From Leptonemataceae bacterium (lineage in GTDB: Bacteria; Spirochaetota; Leptospiria; Leptospirales; Leptonemataceae): a stretch of DNA of 64,000 nt. This document shows, in pieces, positions 61,248-64,000 of this stretch. How positions within the stretch are numbered: the first letter of the stretch is position 1; each line of letters begins with the position of its first letter. The DNA is taken from contig OZ245742.1 in the NCBI GenBank assembly GCA_965227295.1, positions 352,001 to 416,000 of the forward strand, in the 5' to 3' direction. The notes beneath the pieces were generated by a model that searched no databases, was not told where the DNA came from, and worked only from the letters and a program-made list of their open reading frames with translations. Made by a program: the position numbers and the translations under genes.

Positions 61248-61745
61248 ATGGCACGACCAACTCCGGAACTCATCACGGCCCTGCGCACCACGGCGGATCG
61301 TCTGGAACACGGCGATCGTTATCAATGGTCGCACATGGGAAGCTGCAACTGCGGCCACCTGGCCCAAACCATCACACCGTACTCCGGCGCGGAGATCCAT
61401 GCATCGGCGCTGCAACGTTCCGGAGACTGGAGTGAGCAGTCCATGTTCGAATACTGTCCGGGCAGCGGCCTCACCATCGACCGGGTCATCGACGCCATGG
61501 TGGAAATCGGCCTGAACACCGGGGACATTCCGTATCTGGAAAAGCTGGAGGATCCGCGCGTGCTGCGGCGCCTACCGCCGGGCGAACGTCATCTCCGACG
61601 CAATCGCCGCGAGGACGTTGTCCGGTACATGCGCGCCTGGGCCGATCTGCTCGCTGAAGAAATACGCGAACGCAATCCTCAGGCGCCGCTTGTCCGTCGG
61701 GTGGAACCCTTGACGACCGCGGCCGTTCCTGCCGGTCTCGCGTAA
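61248..61745 (+). CDS. conserved-looking hypothetical protein with Cys/His motif
   Basis: YQWSHMGSCNCGHLAQT, DWSEQ..YCPGSG, VVRYMRAWADLL. Confidence 0.75.
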   Translation: MARPTPELITALRTTADRLEHGDRYQWSHMGSCNCGHLAQTITPYSGAEIHASALQRSGDWSEQSMFEYCPGSGLTIDRVIDAMVEIGLNTGDIPYLEKLEDPRVLRRLPPGERHLRRNRREDVVRYMRAWADLLAEEIRERNPQAPLVRRVEPLTTAAVPAGLA

Positions 61746-61746
61746 C

Positions 61747-62562
61747 GTGCGCACCACATTGCATCTCATCTTCCGGTCGGCCATTCTCGCGTTGCTCTTC
61801 GCCCTGACGACGACGTGTGAACCGTCGGCCACCAACGCCGCCGGCTCCGTCGTCGCCTACGAGTACGAAGTCGTCGCAACATACCCCCACGATACGCAGG
61901 CCTTCACGCAGGGTTTCGTCTACACCCGGAACGGCGATCGGGACGCGTACTACGAAAGCACGGGCCTGCGCGGTCGCTCGTCGCTGCGCCTGGTCGACCT
62001 GAAGTCCGGCCGCGTGCTGCGGAGCCGGCAACTCGATGCGCGCTACTTCGGCGAAGGCCTGGCGTTGCATGACGGCCGGCTCATTCAGTTAACCTGGCAG
62101 TTAAAGACCGGTTTCATCTACGACGCCGCCACGTTTGAGAAGCTCAGCGAGTTCCGGTACACCACCGAGGGCTGGGGCCTCACGTACGATGCGGATCGCG
62201 AGCGTCTGATCCTGAGCGACGGCAGTGATCGGCTCTACTTCTACGATCCGAAGACTCTGCGCCCCACGGACTGGGTGGCCGTACGCGACGAGGGCCGGCC
62301 GGTGGAGCGACTCAACGAACTGGAGTACATCGACGGCAAGGTCTACGCGAACGTATGGCAGACGGATCGCATTGTCATCATCGATCCCGCGGACGGGAAC
62401 GTGACCGGCCGTGTCGATCTACACGGCCTGCTGGACGCCAAAGACCTGGTGAACGGGCCGGACGTCCTGAACGGCATTGCCCATGACGCGAAAACGGGAC
62501 GCCTCTTCGTTACGGGCAAGCTGTGGCCGAAGGTCTTTGAGATTCGCCTGCGCAAAAAATAA
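61747..62562 (+). CDS. glutaminyl-peptide cyclotransferase (beta-propeller type)
   Basis: YPHDTQAFTQG, YESTG, FGEGL, EGWGLT, LNELEY, NGIA, TGKLWP. Confidence 0.95.
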   Translation: MRTTLHLIFRSAILALLFALTTTCEPSATNAAGSVVAYEYEVVATYPHDTQAFTQGFVYTRNGDRDAYYESTGLRGRSSLRLVDLKSGRVLRSRQLDARYFGEGLALHDGRLIQLTWQLKTGFIYDAATFEKLSEFRYTTEGWGLTYDADRERLILSDGSDRLYFYDPKTLRPTDWVAVRDEGRPVERLNELEYIDGKVYANVWQTDRIVIIDPADGNVTGRVDLHGLLDAKDLVNGPDVLNGIAHDAKTGRLFVTGKLWPKVFEIRLRKK

Positions 62563-62570
62563 TCCCACTC

Positions 62571-63143
62571 ATGGAATTCGATATCGAAGCACTGGTCCGG
62601 GAGCATTCGGATGCCCTGTACCGTTTCGCTCTCTCCCGCCTGCGCGACGAAGAAGCGGCCGAGGACCTCGTTCAGGAAACCTTTCTCGCGGCCATGAAGA
62701 GCCTCGCGAATTTCCGCGGTGAATCTCAGGTTCGAACGTATCTTACCGGCATCTTAAAAAACAAGATCCTCGATCATTACAAAAAACGAAAACGCGAAGA
62801 GTCGTACGCCGCCGTCGAAGACTTCGAGGACGGTGAGCGCCGCGGCCGGATGATGTTTCAGGCCGACGGCCACTGGCATGGCGACGCAATCCCCCGGGAC
62901 TGGTCCGGACGCGATCCCGCGGCGGCGGCGGAGCGCGCGGCCTTTCTCGAAATCCTGGAACAATGCCTCGAACGACTGAGCCCGCGCATGGCCCGGATCT
63001 TCGCGTTACGGGAACTGGACCATCTCAGCAATCAGGAAATCTGTAAGCTCCTGGACTTAACGGAGACCAACGTCGGTGTGATCCTGCATCGCGCGCGACT
63101 ACAGTTGCAGCACTGCATCGGCCGGTCCTGGATCCAGGAGTAA
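62571..63143 (+). CDS. ECF RNA polymerase sigma factor
   Basis: AEDLVQETFLAA, YLTGILKNKILD, EICKLLDLTETNVGVILHRARLQL. Confidence 0.94.
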   Translation: MEFDIEALVREHSDALYRFALSRLRDEEAAEDLVQETFLAAMKSLANFRGESQVRTYLTGILKNKILDHYKKRKREESYAAVEDFEDGERRGRMMFQADGHWHGDAIPRDWSGRDPAAAAERAAFLEILEQCLERLSPRMARIFALRELDHLSNQEICKLLDLTETNVGVILHRARLQLQHCIGRSWIQE

Positions 63144-63217
63144 CCAGGTTCGCATCGGAGTTTCTTCTGCGTTCGTTTTTACAAAAGATCAAACTGCGCT
63201 TCTTCGGCATAATCATC

Positions 63218-63505
63218 GTGCTGACCGGCCCCATGTGCGACCGCGTAGCGAAGAACGCGTCCGAGGAAATGGACGGCAAGCACCTGCCGTACTTCCAGGG
63301 CCTGGGTCAGCGCATGCATCTGGCCTGTTGCGATTGGTGCGCCGACTACGTCGCGAACCTGCACGCGATGCGGCGCGGCATACAGGGCCACGACGCCCAC
63401 GTGCAGGAAAACGACGCACGGAAAATTCTGGGCGGCCTCTCCGAGGAATCGAAGCAGCGCATCATTGCACGGCTGCGGGATGAGGAGCGACCGGGGCAAT
63501 CGTAA
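63218..63505 (+). CDS. zf-HC2 (ZAS) anti-sigma factor
   Basis: MC...HLACCDWC (HxxxCxxC) directly after the ECF sigma; start uncertain. Confidence 0.72.
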   Translation: MLTGPMCDRVAKNASEEMDGKHLPYFQGLGQRMHLACCDWCADYVANLHAMRRGIQGHDAHVQENDARKILGGLSEESKQRIIARLRDEERPGQS

Positions 63506-63743
63506 GCGCCGGTGTCTTCGCCGCCGGCGACGCCGTTCACTGCAACAACGCCACGACCTTTTTCGCCACGGCCTTCGTTGAGTACGGATTCTGCCCGGTA
63601 ACCAGACGTTCCAAGACCACGGCATACGGAACGAACGGAAACGTCTTGCGGTAGTTCGCCCCGCGTTTTTTGAGTTCGTCTTCCAGCAGAAACGGTACCA
63701 CCTTTGTAAGACCGACGGTATATTAACTTTACCTCCATGAATG

Positions 63744-64000
63744 TTACGAACGCTCCCCGCGTAGTGCGAAGAGCGTCCAGAGTCCGGCGGCGGTTTCGGT
63801 TCCGGCAAAGAGCAGGATCATCGGCGGGAAGTGGCCCAGTCCTACAAGGACCGCAAAGAAAAAGAACTGCCCGATGCGCACCGGTACGGTCCACTCGAAG
63901 AACGGCCGAAAGCCGGCGAAGCCCAGACGCGTATAGTAGTAGCCCAGGACCAGCACGGCCAGGCCGACGACGCGCACCCAGACCTCGCTGTACTCCGGGA
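63744..64000 (-). CDS. membrane protein (5'-truncated by window edge)
   Basis: EVWVRVVGLAVLVLGYYY...WTVPVR... hydrophobic helices. Confidence 0.7.
   Translation of the reverse strand, partial: PEYSEVWVRVVGLAVLVLGYYYTRLGFAGFRPFFEWTVPVRIGQFFFFAVLVGLGHFPPMILLFAGTETAAGLWTLFALRGERS

Overview
High-GC bacterial chromosomal window with dense coding. It most likely comes from an uncultured Leptospiraceae/Leptospirales-type spirochaete; this is inferred from an Lsa36-like outer-membrane protein, OmpL47-type repeats, DUF1554/Len-like lipoproteins and LA_0442-like/FecR cassettes. Housekeeping genes (lysC, murI, recQ, glpD, rlmN, purM, thiC with its TPP riboswitch) are mixed with signalling, lipid-metabolism and envelope genes. 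No rRNA, tRNA, CRISPR array, transposase or integrase was seen. Main observations: (1) a translationally coupled ECF sigma / FecR-like / envelope protein / lipoprotein cassette with no TonB-dependent receptor, in which the FecR C-terminus and the partner N-terminus share the same small beta domain; (2) a promoter-driven, ~200-nt, highly structured RNA carrying a 14-codon ORF whose extended Shine-Dalgarno can be sequestered by a switchable helix; (3) four diverged copies of a ~100-125 nt intergenic element with compensatory base changes; (4) a GH1 glycosidase whose histone-like N-terminus is thrown out of frame by an exact 40-bp tandem duplication; (5) two RelE/ParE toxin-antitoxin modules, each with an intact antitoxin and a toxin broken by a single lesion; (6) a tandem pair of unknown paralogs separated by a perfect 14-bp inverted repeat. 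All family assignments are from motif recognition by eye; no database search was run.
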